From Tubiluchus corallicola (Eukaryota; Animalia; Priapulida): a stretch of 64,000 bases of DNA. The position numbers and the translations under genes are program-made. The stretch lies in contig JAQGDQ010000002.1 of the NCBI GenBank assembly GCA_030141605.1, positions 2,604,001 to 2,668,000 of the forward strand, read 5' to 3'. The notes under the pieces were generated by a model. That model worked only from the letters and a program-made list of their open reading frames with translations. It made no database searches and was not told the origin of the DNA. Shown here one piece after another: positions 38,176 to 51,334 of the stretch (its first letter is position 1; the number at the start of each line of letters is the position of its first letter).

Positions 38176-40206
38176 GTAAGTGCAACTGTTTACAATGTTT
38201 TGTATCACTATATATTGGTGTTCTTACACTCATTCCTTGAATGTGCTTCTGATGTCTGGGCTTTCTACAACGTTTATACTTTTTCGCATTGTGCCACTGG
38301 ATGACGCTACCATCTGTGAATTCGCGTAAAGCAAACGCTGTATGAACTTGTTTCGCTGTGCCAGAAGTTAGTTCGTTAATTTGCGTGCTGATTACAGTTT
38401 TCAAAAATACTCACATAAAGAGCGATTTTTCTCGTTTCACCTGAATATTTGTACCTATACAGCTTTTCAATCAAAAGTAATATCTGTCAGCCTGACTTTA
38501 GGCATATTCATCCGTTGATTAATCTCCTAAACTAATCAGTAGGCCTAATGAAAATTAAATTATGTCGAGCAGAGCATTTTAAACTATCGTATAAGCTTAG
38601 ATGGCGTTTTTATATGCCGAAGAAGTTTAATTAACGTCTTGTATAAAGCCAAGTCTCGGTCAGCTGAACTGCTATTATATTTTTCGCTGTATGAACTCCG
38701 ACAGAATGTCGCTATTTTTTAGTTTACTGTCACTAAAACTACTTTTTTGCTGATTTATTTTCTTTTTTCAAAATGTTTTATTATTTGTAAATCACCACAT
38801 AATCGTTAAACTTACCAATTTATCATATAGTTTATCATAGTTAATTGTTCATTTACCAGTTAATTATTAAATACGCAAAGCAGTTAACTTCACATAGGTG
38901 TATAATTGGTCAGTTAAATCGGCCTGTTAACAATACTGTACCATAAACTGCAAGATAGTAAAATAACATATTCGTAAGTTGACCTTATTTTTAACTTCCA
39001 ACTTCTGTTTTAACGTAAATAACAGCAGCCTCGCAAACTGCTTTGGAGCAGAACACAAATTACCAACTGCAGCGAAACAAAGCATGGCTTATTTTTCTTA
39101 AACGCGGGTGTTATTTTGGAATCGCATATCCCAAATTAGACAAATTTAAGCCATTATCTTATTATGTTTGTGAACTCGTAGGTTAAATGTGGTAGCTAAC
39201 AAAAACTAGGAAGTGCAAAGGAGCAAGTTACATAGACGGCTTACTTTTCCTAAACTACAGATCTACTTTGCAGATATTCTGAATAAGGCTAATTTAAATC
39301 ATTATCTAATTATGATTCTGTACCACCACAGTCAAGGTTAAAAGTACGTAACTATAACTATTGTTTCGGGAAGTATACAAGGCAACTTGTTCTACTAAAC
39401 TTTGTGTGAATAGGTGAATAGTTTTTGTGATATGTACGCGCGCATGACATTCACAAAACTTAAATTTGCTTCAAACAATTAAGGCCTGTTAAGTATATGC
39501 ATTATTTAATTAGACCATTAGTCCTGAAAAGTTGTACATTATACACGCACTATAAAATAGTAATAGCGAGCGCTCATTTACTTACCAAAACCAATCATTA
39601 TACTGATATTGAAGTACTTTGTTTCGTTCTAACTTTAACTTTAGAAAGAACTGTTCATTCTTACATCTAACATTTCGTGAGCCTGGAATATCTAATCCAG
39701 TAGTTGTTAAACTAACACTACCCGCTGTACACGGCCTATGAGAGGTGTTCATAAGGTCACCGAGACCATCAAGTATAGAACTGCCAAGTATAATAAAACT
39801 ACATATAATATATAATATAGTGACATATTTTACCGAATTACTTTGGAATCCTGGTTTTGCGGACTTGTCGAAAGCCTGTTACCTGGACGTACATAATCAT
39901 GTCTTACGGTCAAGGTCAATCGTTATTTTTATTCAGGCTTCCAAATGAAAATTGGAAACTGCATCTTTCACGATCACATTTTGCTATGAAATTATCGAAA
40001 AGTTAAACGAAGCTTTTTATTTTTCTGTCGAGCGAATGTACCTTGAACACGAAATGGCATTGCTTAGCAGACTGAAAAATCACGCAATAGAGTATAAGAA
40101 TCCAGCTTTGAATTAAGTTTTGCAAATCAGTTTACATTCTGCATGCAAATATGCGGTGGTTGCAGCTTTTTCTAAGGGCGCCTCCGTTTTTTCTCGGATG
40201 ATGTAG

Positions 40207-40357
40207 CATCATGATGATTGGCACAAGTACTGGAAGAAGGAAAATTATAACCGCTACGGCCAGAAGTACGACGGCGGCGGTAAAGGCAATGTAATACTAT
40301 ACGGCAAAGCCAGCAAGAACAAGGGGAAAGGAAACTTCTACTTCAGTAAGGGAAAAG
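40207..40357 (+). CDS. Cassette A, 151-nt exon (HHDDWHKYWKKENYNRYGQKYDGGGKGNVILYGKASKNKGKGNFYFSKGK)
   Basis: tag acceptor (phase 0), aag|gtaagc donor (phase 1), open frame. Confidence 0.85.
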
Positions 40358-40881
40358 GTAAGCGAAAGTGTTTTTTGAACATTTTAACGAATGATTTGTG
40401 TTTAAAGTTATATCAGTTGTATGACCTTTCTCGCAGACTACAATGGCGCAACGAATTAGATCTGTTTATTGTGGTATTAGTTACGCAGCTGTTAATTGAC
40501 ATGGTTTAAAGTAAAAAAAACAGACAAATTTTTGCTTATAAGAAAATATTCTTACAAGTTCTGTTTCTTGCCTTTTATTTTTCAAAGTTGTAACTTTTTT
40601 TCGCTCACGCACAGAAAAAACACCTTTGTATTTTAACGACACCTCATAACATGGCACCAGGCCTCCTAAAGGAATTTAAGCGACACTAAATTTTTTTGCG
40701 CGAAAATAATCCCCGATCTAGTTTGGAAACCTTACATTTTTACCTATAGTTCCCGATCTTGCGTCACTTCCACTATGTGAGCAATTTCTAAAGCATAACG
40801 AAACTGTTCCGTCTTAGACCACTGCGCCACCTCCGCATTACCTAGAGTATTTAATTAGTGCTAACAACACGCATTCTTTAG

Positions 40882-41051
40882 GTAAATATTTCTACGATAA
40901 CTACCACAAAGATAATGGAGGAAAGAAATACTATGAAGACAAAGGGTACAAATCCATGCATAAAGGAAGAGGGTATCATGATGGGAAGGGAAACAAGCAT
41001 GGCAAAGGACAATACGGAAACTATCACAAATATTACGCAATGGAGCACTAA
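40882..41051 (+). CDS. Cassette A, terminal exon (GKYFYDNYHKDNGGKKYYEDKGY...YHKYYAMEH*)
   Basis: ttctttag acceptor (phase 1); 170 nt to TAA. Confidence 0.85.
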
Positions 41052-42409
41052 GTCTTGTGAACTTTCTGCCACTATCGTCAGAAGAGACGATAATAATTGT
41101 TTGAGTAGTCATATATCATTTATATAAAAAGTTTTACTTTCCCCGTGTTTAATATTTTTCAACCTTTTGGTTTACGAAAACCATTGCAGATGTAATTAAT
41201 TCGGCTAAAAAATTCGTACTCATATGACAAACGATTGGGATTGGGTTATTTATAATGGGGCCGTTTCATATTTGCAACTTGTTGTAATTACTGTGAAAAA
41301 CAAAATAATCAATTACGTACGTTTTAAAAGTTAGATTAACCTAATGCAGATAAAAAGAAGCTGGGTGAAACTTCACTGAAATTTTGGTGAAAAGTCTTAG
41401 AAAAGATGCCATGAGTTTGATGCAGACTGTTGTTGTCAAGATGATTAGTCATTGTTGTAAGGCGGAATTATTTTGTTGTTCAGTTAAAGTGTACGTGTTT
41501 TATCACACAATTTACATAAAGATGAATTTTTAACCGTAGATTGCATACTTCTCTGTTATTGTAAATTTCCGTTTGATAACAATTTACCATAATTTGTTAT
41601 ATATGTTCCTGTTAAACTTTATTTCGTCTAAAATACAAATTTTTGTTACAAAAAAATCATTTTGTTGCGTTTTTGACTAAGGTGTTACCAAAATAATAGT
41701 CTCAAAATTTCAGTAACTGAACGTTTAGGCAGTCATAACGAAATACTTACGTATGATGGTTTTATCATTTTACATTGTTACCGTGTTTATGTTTTCATCA
41801 TTTTTATCATCGATCATACTTTCTCTAATGATGATTCCTTTACGGCATTAACTAACGTAAGTATCTTTGCAATTTTATTTTTGTCTTTTACTTTTACTTT
41901 ATTTGTTTTAAATAAATGTTCAGTATGACGATTTAGTTTGAAGTAATTTCGTTGTAATCACTTATAGTCTCTAAACTGTTGCTTCAATTAATTAGTTTAA
42001 TAACATTTTTTAACTATAATATAGTAGTCCTGTATTGCATGATTAATCGTTCTTTTTACTCTTTTCACATGAATAATTTTGTTTGTTTCAACTTTTCTTA
42101 GACTTGACTAATTATCGCTAACCCCTCTAAACATTGAATCAAAAATAGAGGATTTTAATTAAATGCTTATTTAATAGTTATAATCAATATAGTCCTAACG
42201 AAAAATATCTTTGTTTGAGTTTCCAAAGGAGAAACTATTGTCATTGTTTGATTTTCTTTACCTAAGTAAGTTATAACTAAACTATAAGTTAAAATCTATA
42301 ATTGAAATTGTTGAAGTGCTTTGTATTTTAAGTGTAACACTTTTTGCGTTTCATTTTTATACGTAATAATTATCATGAAGAAAACCTCAGCTGATGTCTG
42401 TTTGTGCAG

Positions 42410-42560
42410 AAATACTACAATCAACATTACTATGATCGAAAGGGAAAATACGATAAATACGAGGATAAAGCTGACTGGGGTGGAAAGGGAGATGTCTTCC
42501 TGAAAGGAAAAGAAAGCCATAACAAAGGGAAAGGCAAATTTTTCTTCAGCAAAGGCAAAG
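42410..42560 (+). CDS. Cassette B, 151-nt exon (KYYNQHYYDRKGKYDKYEDKADWGGKGDVFLKGKESHNKGKGKFFFSKGK)
   Basis: tttgtgcag acceptor (phase 0), aag|gtaaag donor (phase 1). Confidence 0.85.
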
Positions 42561-43127
42561 GTAAAGCCACAGCAAGACTGACATGAGTGTTAAATTTCTT
42601 GATTTTCTATGTTTCTTTAGATTGATAAGTTTTTTTTTCAAACGAAATACACTAAGATACTGCAAATTACAGCGATGTTTTCAGCTATTATATCACTTAA
42701 ATTTTACGATTTATTTTGGTTAATTTCCGTTCATTTCTTTGTGCAAGTTAGATATTAAGGATCGCCCAAAAATGAAAAAATACTTATTTCGGAGTATTTC
42801 AGCTTCTTCTGTGTGTTCACAGATTAGATTCATTAAGACAATATGGAGTTTTTTTTCTGAATAGAAGAGATAGAAATCAAATATAAAATTTGGTCAGTTA
42901 GTGTGAAAGCTGAGCAGAAAAAGATGAGAGAAAATGAGGGAGGAGAGAGAGAAAAAGAGAGAGGGAGAGAGAGCGACAGCGACAGCGAGAGCGATAGCGA
43001 GAGAGCAGAGAAAGGAGGAAGGGAGGGAAATGAAGAAAAGGAGCTATACAGCGTAACTTATTATAATATGTACATCAAATTGACTTTAATACCTAATGTG
43101 TTAATAACTGTTTCTGCAATATTACAG

Positions 43128-43297
43128 GAAAATATAACTATGACAATTACCATCAAGACAAGGGTGGGGAGAAGTATTACCTTGACAAGGGCTATCATAG
43201 CAAATATGGCGGCGATGGTTGGTTTCAAGGATCTGGAGAATGGCATAAAAAGGGCAATTACGGAGGCATGCACAAGTACTACAACCCACACGATTAG
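43128..43297 (+). CDS. Cassette B, terminal exon (GKYNYDNYHQDKGGEKYYLDKGY...MHKYYNPHD*)
   Basis: attacag acceptor (phase 1); 170 nt to TAG; AATAAA at ~43480. Confidence 0.85.
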
Positions 43298-44361
43298 AGA
43301 CGACAACATAATCACCCGATCTTCTAGACAGCGTGATCAGGAATTTTAACTGGTCTCTAATGTGCCACAATTTTATAACATCCCGTCTTTCCCATTTTCA
43401 ATTCACAACATTACACAACACCAACACCAACAGAGCGATTTCATTTGTTATAATTTTGGTGTAAAAATATCTTTGTTTTAATAAATTTTATTATTCTGAC
43501 ATTTGTAGTTATGCGTTCTTGCCTTTTTGTCTTTAGTCTTTTTGCATCTTAACAAAAATAAGTCTATATTTGTTTAATACTATAAATACCATTTACGAAA
43601 TACTTTTTACAGTTGAATCCTTAGGAACAACATACCTCACCAGCTCTTTAAATTAACCATATCACTTTGAGGATCGTAATTAACGTTTACTATAGAAGTG
43701 CTTAAGTTGACTTGGCACTGAAGTGTTGTACTAAGAGCATGTTAATTACCTACAGCTGCCAGTAGCAAATCGCGTAAGCTAAGTTTTAGTTTTCAGCAAA
43801 TTTTAAAAGTTTTAGAAGGCAAACATTTTTTCTGTCAATGAACTCTTGAAATCATCACCAAAAAGGTGAATCACGACATCCGTTTGTGTGGCAACTCGTC
43901 TCAATGAACGAGATTTCCTCAAGGCAGTTTATTCACACTGAAGCAGGACGTCAGTTCGTTTGTCTTCTTTTAATTTGTTGCTGTATTTAGTATTTTTAAG
44001 CTTATTTTTGGAGTTGCCTCAACAATTGCTCTAAACACGCGTTTTCACGTGTAACAAAAACACAGAAGAAATGTCCTATAAAACTTTGAAGTTTCTATAG
44101 CATACCAAAAGGACACCAGCTTATAATGGTTCCTCTTTCTTATCAACTGATGCCACTACATTATAAATAATCTACAGTCAATGTTGTTTATCTACGAAAA
44201 AAGTTAGTGAACTGTTTGGAGCTAGTTTGCTTTCTTCGCTTGTATATAGAAATCCTCATTATCGCTTTAAGTGGAAATTGATAAAATACTGATGACGTTT
44301 TTTCTCTGAGTTATAGCCTTTATGTATAGCGTATTATGTAATTTGTGTATTTTTGCTCTAG

Positions 44362-44512
44362 CACTACGGCGGTTACCACCAGTATTACAAGAAGGGTTAT
44401 TATGATAAGTATGACCAGAAATATGATGCTGGTGGGAAGGGAAATGTTTACCTGCAAGGAAAAGAGAGCAAAAACAAGGGATACGGAAACTTCTACTTTA
44501 GCAAAGGAAAGG
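44362..44512 (+). CDS. Cassette C, 151-nt exon (HYGGYHQYYKKGYYDKYDQKYDAGGKGNVYLQGKESKNKGYGNFYFSKGK)
   Basis: ttttgctctag acceptor (phase 0), agg|gtaagg donor (phase 1). Confidence 0.85.
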
Positions 44513-44984
44513 GTAAGGAAATGCGTCAAAAACATGCGCAAACGTCTAAAAAACATGACTAATTTGAACTTAATGGCAAACTACATAAAGAAGGAAAATG
44601 TTGAAAAGGTGCGACGTAAGTCATGTTTGACACAGACATTTCTGAATGTGTTTCTCCACTTAAGTGGGTGACTAACACTGATAGAGCATGCCGATCTGAA
44701 CATTAGACTGTGAATGTAATTAAAAACGCTCAAATGTTTAATTTGAAAAGCATTTACACTGTCCATATATGGCGCCTAGTTGACAGAAGCCGGCTCAAAC
44801 ACATATAAATCAGATTATCAATCTTTTGGTAAATTAAGAGACGCAACTATTGTTCAGTTTCTAACTAATCATCAACATCCTAAATATAGTCCGAAATTCA
44901 TGAGTTTTTTTAAATAATCCTAAGCGTTTATTAATTGTGTACAATTTAACATCCAGTTTCGGCTAACATGTGTACGATTTTCAG

Positions 44985-45166
44985 GTAAATATAATTACGA
45001 TAATCACCATGTGGACAAGGGTGGTCAGAAATATTACATTGACAACGGACACGGCTACAAGCATGCTGACAAGGGCTATTTCATGGGCGCCGGGGACTGG
45101 CATAAAAAGGGCAAATACGGTAATATGCACAAAGTCTACGGATTAAAAGAAGAGTATGAGAGATGA
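44985..45166 (+). CDS. Cassette C, terminal exon (GKYNYDNHHVDKGGQKYYIDNGHGYKHADKGYF...LKEEYER*)
   Basis: ttttcag acceptor (phase 1); 182 nt to TGA; AATAAA at ~45523. Confidence 0.85.
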
Positions 45167-47483
45167 GGCCAAGTTAAACATTTTTAAAAGGATATGGCCT
45201 CTTTTTGAGATAATGGACTTTGATTTCTACATTACATATATATGTCACTACAAAGGCGCACAGGTTTATATATGATCCATGTTTTAATGCATTTTGTATT
45301 GGATAAAATCGATTGTAGGAAAATCTTAGTGATAATTCAGAGCTGTTATTAAAATTACATTTCTATTTGAATTAATCTTGTTTTATTTACCCCGCGTATT
45401 AATTAAAAAGCAATCGCAATATTTAAATACAATTTAATCACACCTTTTTTGTATTTTTTGTTCCTTAGCTTTTACCTTCATTACTAGAGCACAGAACTGT
45501 TCTCTTGTTTGATTGTTTTTACAATAAACTTCTTAATATAAATTTACAAACGCATGTTGAACTTTGTCATTATGGATTTCTGTATTGCGTTGTTTCTTTC
45601 AGCAAAAACATATACTCATGTGAAGCGATATTGACAGCAGCATAAGCTGTAGACCTTAAACCTAAAACGATAACTTCGAGTGTCCTTTAAAAGAGGAGAA
45701 ATCCGTAAGAGAAGGACTCAAAATGAGTTAAATGGAAATGACTACCCGCTTCATTTTCAAACGCTGAAGCTTAAAACTTTGTTCATTCTTGAGTGCGGTG
45801 ACCGATGGGAAAGCGGTAGCGATTGGGTGGTTTTAACTGCCATACTGCCCCGTCTGTTTCTCATGTTAAGCGAGGAAGATGTATATTCATGTGTAAGGTG
45901 CAGGCTCACACATTTCAGTCGCCTCAGTTGGTGTACTGTCTCATCTCTCAAAGGGTTATACTTGATAATCAGTAAAGTTCATGTACCGCCACAACAATCA
46001 ACGTTATTTAGCTTGCGTTTGGTGGGTGAATAGGATTTAGATAGAACAAGAAGGTAGAGCTCTGGCAATGGTAACCGACCTGGTTGACAATCTGCGACTA
46101 TTATTTTATTGATACACTATAGCAAGTTTGTCAATTTCGGTTGATATAGCGTGTATATCTTTAACGCTGTACTAGTATGTTTGTTCTCAACAAAGAATGC
46201 CTATTCAGCATTTTTGCGTCCTAAAAACGCCTCCTAAACGCCCCTTACTCTAATTTTACTCTGTATAGTTGGCAACAAAAGAGTTTTTGCGTAACAATTC
46301 CTTATAAGTGAATGCAGGAATATTTGTGCATGTACTGTATATAAAAATAAGCACAGAAATAATTATTGTAATTTTTATTACACTAAGCTAACATAACTTT
46401 ATTATTTATAAAAACAATTCAAAATCAAACAGATCTATATCGTGATTGTATCTCGACTAATTTAATTGCAGAAAAAACACAGTAACAATGAATCAAAAAA
46501 TCCCACAGTTAATTCTTTTTTAACTTGATATCTTTATGAGCTAAAATATGAAGTAAAAACTCTTCAATAAAAGTATTAGTAATTACACCCGTTTTTTGTC
46601 CTTTGTTTTTCACATGAAGACAAAACTGCAGTGGCAGCTTGAGACATCGTATATTTCTTTTTTCCTAGTTTTTTTAATTGTGGGAGTTTTAATTAATTGT
46701 TTCTGTTTTTGTCACAAAGAATAGATTATATTATAAATAAGGGAGTTTTTTAAATTGGAGAACTTGGGAACTTAGCCGGCACTCTGGTGAATGTTAATAT
46801 TACTAGGAACCAATTCATTCGAACAGCAGTCTGTGCTTTTTTGCAAGTCACTGTTTTCTATAGCTTACCTAAAAATCGTAATAAAAACATATGAATTTTC
46901 TGCATGCATTAGTCTAAATCGACCTCAACAATTTGTTGGCAAAATGATAGTGAGACGCAGGGAAATGTATTTGATGACAACATAATGGGCTATTGACTTG
47001 ATACAAATAAGATGCCTCAGACAAGAGCCTTTGATGTCTCACAAACCACAAACATTTTCTTTTCCGACAGCTTTCAGTCAAACTACATACGTTCACCCTG
47101 CCAAGCTTTGTGACAGTGAGTGTGGCATCTATCAACTGACTTGCAACTTCTGTTTCTCACTATTTCGTAATCGCCTTCCAACGGGTTTCCTATCTCCGTA
47201 AACAGGAAATTAGTGGATATAGTTCACACTTCACCTGTCTGTATAGGGTAGTTCACATACATGCCAACACGCCCATCTTCATACAACTGACTTTTTTAAA
47301 ACTAGCCAAGTTAATATAATATTAGACTGGGTCTTCTAAAAGTATTTAAATTAAAACGCCTTCGTCAGCTGCAAGTGAATCTGCACAGTTTGCTCTTGGC
47401 GAAGCTATTTTAAGATAAAGCTAAAACAGTATTGCAAGTGTATGATATTTTTTTGCTTTGTTATTCAGTCATATTTTTTATGT

Positions 47484-48554
47484 TTAGTAATCTGTCATAG
47501 CAATAGCCGATATATGTGACATTCTTCCCAAACTTCCGGTTATGTTGCTTTCCTCGGATGAAAGCATTGACGAGTTACATGTCAACAGTCTCTTAAATGC
47601 TAAACGAAAGTCTTTATTCTTCCATGCGTATATGACGGGATTAATCAACGAATTGGCGAACGCCATAAAGTAAACCACACGACTGAGCTGCACATAGAAT
47701 GGTCGAAAATCAGTGGTAAGTACCACAAAATGGTACAGAGTCATAGGCATCCAACACGCCACAAATGCCCCTACAACGATGAACATGACTTTGACGCCCT
47801 TGGCGTTGCTCTTGAAAGTCTGATTCGAATGAGAATCAGGACAAATCTGTTTCAAGTGTCTATTAGCAACAGCAATGAGCTTGATATACATGACCATCAT
47901 GATGATGGCGATGCCAATGACGTTTCCACTGATGGCGATGATTACCACGCGATGAACAACAAACTCGTAGATACATAGCTGCGTCAAACCTCTGGGGTTG
48001 TTATAGTACTGGCAGCTGCTCACGATTAGTGAGTAGGTCCAGGTGCAGGCGATGACAATCAGCGTGGTGGCGTGGCTCACAATGCTCGGATAGTGGAGAG
48101 GGTAGATGATAGCAATGAATCTATCACACGTAAGCGACAAAAGTGTGGTCAGCGATTCCACAAAGAGAATATTTGCCACAAAGAACACGGACAAACACTT
48201 GACCTCTGATTGACCAATGTCTCCTTGCCTGACGAAAAAGGTTGTCTGGACAGCGGCAATGTAAGTTCCAGCAAGTACATCGGTTAGGGCCAAGTTAGCC
48301 ACATAGTAATTTGCAAAGGTTCTCAACCGTTTGTACTTAAGAACGGAAACTATCACCAAGCCATTTAAAACACAGATAAAGAATCCCATTAAATTGTACA
48401 CCGTCAGGTTGATTATGATGCCAAGTAATGAGGTATAATAATGAGTTTCGAAACGGGTAGCATTATTAAAATAAGATGTATTATTTCGGCAATTTACTAC
48501 AGTAGAACAATTTATGATAAAAACCTCGTATGTTGCTGGAGATTCGTCCTTCAT
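47484..48554 (-). CDS. Intronless rhodopsin-like (class A) GPCR, orphan amine/adenosine-receptor-like
   Basis: Seven hydrophobic segments; NGLVI (TM1), NLALTD (TM2), CDRF (DRY variant), CWMP (TM6), NPVIY (TM7); N-terminal N-glycosylation sequons. Confidence 0.95.
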   Translation of the reverse strand: MKDESPATYEVFIINCSTVVNCRNNTSYFNNATRFETHYYTSLLGIIINLTVYNLMGFFICVLNGLVIVSVLKYKRLRTFANYYVANLALTDVLAGTYIAAVQTTFFVRQGDIGQSEVKCLSVFFVANILFVESLTTLLSLTCDRFIAIIYPLHYPSIVSHATTLIVIACTWTYSLIVSSCQYYNNPRGLTQLCIYEFVVHRVVIIAISGNVIGIAIIMMVMYIKLIAVANRHLKQICPDSHSNQTFKSNAKGVKVMFIVVGAFVACWMPMTLYHFVVLTTDFRPFYVQLSRVVYFMAFANSLINPVIYAWKNKDFRLAFKRLLTCNSSMLSSEESNITGSLGRMSHISAIAMTDY

Positions 48555-50173
48555 GTCTAGAAGACGTTCTCGGTAGTGTTTTTGTTTTAAAATTTTTCTT
48601 AAGTCAAAAATATTACAGACTTTTAACTTTGTGGAAAATTATATGCACTAATTCGCCACAAGACGTAATAAGACAGTTATATACTGCTTGACAGACGTTC
48701 ATTCGAGCTGCTCGCAAAACTTCTACTTTTCACTTGAAGAGAAAAATTTTGAGCACGCTGTGAGATATTCGAGTCTTATACCGTGCGCATTGCTGCGCAG
48801 CCACTTCCTACATTAATTTTAGAAACATGTTTTTCTGAAAACGAGACGGTTTCTGCTGCTTAGTAAATGCTACAAATGGGGCAAATCCCCAAATCTATCT
48901 GTTGCTAATTGGGGATTGTTTGAACAAAAGACGTCTTCGAATTGAAAGCGTTGAGTGCTGAACACCTGTAAATTGGCTATTATCAAATGCAATTACATGA
49001 TATTGATAGTCCTGTACAGCTTTGAAATTCCATCACTTGTTAAAGACACAACAGTACAACTGGCACTTATTTGTTACAATAAAAAACCGTCACAACAGTT
49101 TTTTTAATTACAGTAACAACCAATTTAAACCAAACAAGATTTGGTTTTACATCTTCACATTTCCCAGCAATGTCGGCCATTCCTGTATATAAATCCAATG
49201 TGACTTTAATATTTTTTATTATAAATTATTTAATACTCTTCCACTGCATATCTCAATGGTCAAAACAATTTAAAGTTCTTCCTCATAGATTATCCAAATT
49301 TCAGGCTCAAAATTAATGATATTAAAATTAATAAATTAGCTAAAGTCATTATTGTGAGCGACATAACTTTGGAAATGTTGAACTCTGACTTTTACACATT
49401 TCCTGTCTTTCAAATTTGGTATTAAAATTCAATAAATTGTGGGTTTACTTCATCATTGACTTCGACATTGCCGCACGGTGCATACCATTGATACGATGTT
49501 TCTGCACCCCAGTACAAGTTTTATGATCCAATATCAGCAACTGTTGCCTCAGCACAAACTTAAGCAAGAGTTTAAACACAAACTTCTGTTGTTGCTATGA
49601 TCGTTGAACTTTGGCTTGGGCAGAGACGGTGCATAGATCCATGATTCTCTACATAAAATTTGACAAAAATTTTGATCTGATCAAATCATATGCAGCATAA
49701 AGAAATTGTGCAGCTTTTTTGTTGAACAGCTGTAGGGAGAGAAAGTGCAACACATGTTGTTTACTGTACTCGCTGAATGAATAGCTGGTGAACTTTTATT
49801 GAGAAGTGAAGGTGACCATATAGATCCACCACAGGTGACATACCTTACTAGTTTTGCTTACTTAGGAAATCTTGTAAACGATAAGTTGAAGGTAAGAGCG
49901 ATGACGGTAGTGAATCAGATGACTTTTCAAGTGTTAATCGGTGCGCACAATACTGTGTCGGCAAGGTGTTGGTAAATTTCATATTCTGCAAAATTCCGAA
50001 TATAAGCTTTTTGCATTATAACAGCATCAAAAAGTGTGGTGTGATGAGAGTTCTATGCATATTTATTCTGAGTGTTATCTGAGTATTATCTAGAACTACT
50101 TTATTACATCTAGTTGTTTTTCGCGTGGTACTCGGGCTACTAGGAAATACTTTTATAAGTGGAACACCAGAAA

Positions 50174-51334
50174 ATGGCGCGGACAGTTGAGTTGTTTGTG
50201 GTGACAGTTGCTGGTTGTTTTTTAGTCGTTTCTTTACAAAGCACTGCTACGTGTCCTCGAGACTGCAGTTGTGTAGCTAATGGCGTTGAATGTCTAAACA
50301 AAGGCTTTAAGCAGGAAGAATTAGTGGACATTTTTGACGCGATATCAACTGTAACAATAGAGGCCGACATTGTTGGAAATTTTTTCTTTAACGTGACAGA
50401 GGTTCTTTTCTGGCAAAAAATGAGCAAATTGCATTATTTAAATCTTGGAAATAATTCTATAGAAAGAATGCATGCATTTGCATTCACATCCTTACCAGTC
50501 CTGCACAGCTTGTACATGGACAGCAACCAAATAAAAACAAGCCCAACAGGGCTATTTCGGCACTTAGAAAGTATTGAAGAGCTAAGCTTACAATATGCAT
50601 TTCACACTGGTCCAAATTTAACCAAGATATTCGACAATAAAGAACTTGCTAGTCTTAGAGACCTACGTCTGTCTGGTAATAAAATGCGGTTCCTGAATTA
50701 TCGCGACTCGGACATTCTTTGTCTTTTTCCAAAACTTCGTTACCTGGTCCTTACTCATAATCTTCTTCGAAGCCTAAATATGACACTTGTCTGCGCCAAG
50801 AAATCATATCTAAGAACATTGGATGTTTCTGTTAATAATATTACTACATTCAGCAATAGCGATATTGCGATTGTCAACAGTATGAAGCAACTCCTGGAGT
50901 TAAACATTTCGAAGAATCCTTTTCATTGCGGATGCGAAACAAAAACATTCCTAAAATGGATCGCGTCGAAGAAATCCTTTACAATAACAGATCGGGAAAA
51001 TTTAACTTGTGTAACTTCAAGTGGGCCACAATTTATGAATGTGCGTTTGATAGACATAGACCTTGACCACTTGGACACTATGTGCTTAGAGAATGATGGC
51101 TCACTCGGTGGCACGGCCACATCAGAAAGTCGAACTAGAACCAAGGTTGGCATTATTTTCGGGATTGTTCTCACAGTGTTTAGTGCAGCATGCATTATAA
51201 CCGTCTACAAATTTAGACAGCCACTTGCAAAGAAGGCACACAAAGCCTTAGTTTCAGCAAGAAATAAGAACAAACATCATTACGAATTTATAGAATCAGA
51301 ATTTGAAGAAGATGCCATTATCTTTGAAGTGTGA
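50174..51334 (+). CDS. Single-pass leucine-rich-repeat protein (TPBG/5T4-like architecture)
   Basis: First ATG at 50174 (aaaATGg); signal peptide; LRRNT CPRDCSC; LxxLxLxxN repeats; LRRCT NPFHCGC; TM helix VGIIFGIVLTVFSAACIITVY; short tail. Confidence 0.92.
   Translation: MARTVELFVVTVAGCFLVVSLQSTATCPRDCSCVANGVECLNKGFKQEELVDIFDAISTVTIEADIVGNFFFNVTEVLFWQKMSKLHYLNLGNNSIERMHAFAFTSLPVLHSLYMDSNQIKTSPTGLFRHLESIEELSLQYAFHTGPNLTKIFDNKELASLRDLRLSGNKMRFLNYRDSDILCLFPKLRYLVLTHNLLRSLNMTLVCAKKSYLRTLDVSVNNITTFSNSDIAIVNSMKQLLELNISKNPFHCGCETKTFLKWIASKKSFTITDRENLTCVTSSGPQFMNVRLIDIDLDHLDTMCLENDGSLGGTATSESRTRTKVGIIFGIVLTVFSAACIITVYKFRQPLAKKAHKALVSARNKNKHHYEFIESEFEEDAIIFEV

Noticed and set aside
40861-44671. Hydrophobic minus-strand ORFs and off-frame plus-strand ORFs over cassettes A-C
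   Set aside because: Shadow frames of the A/G-rich G/Y/K/H exons.
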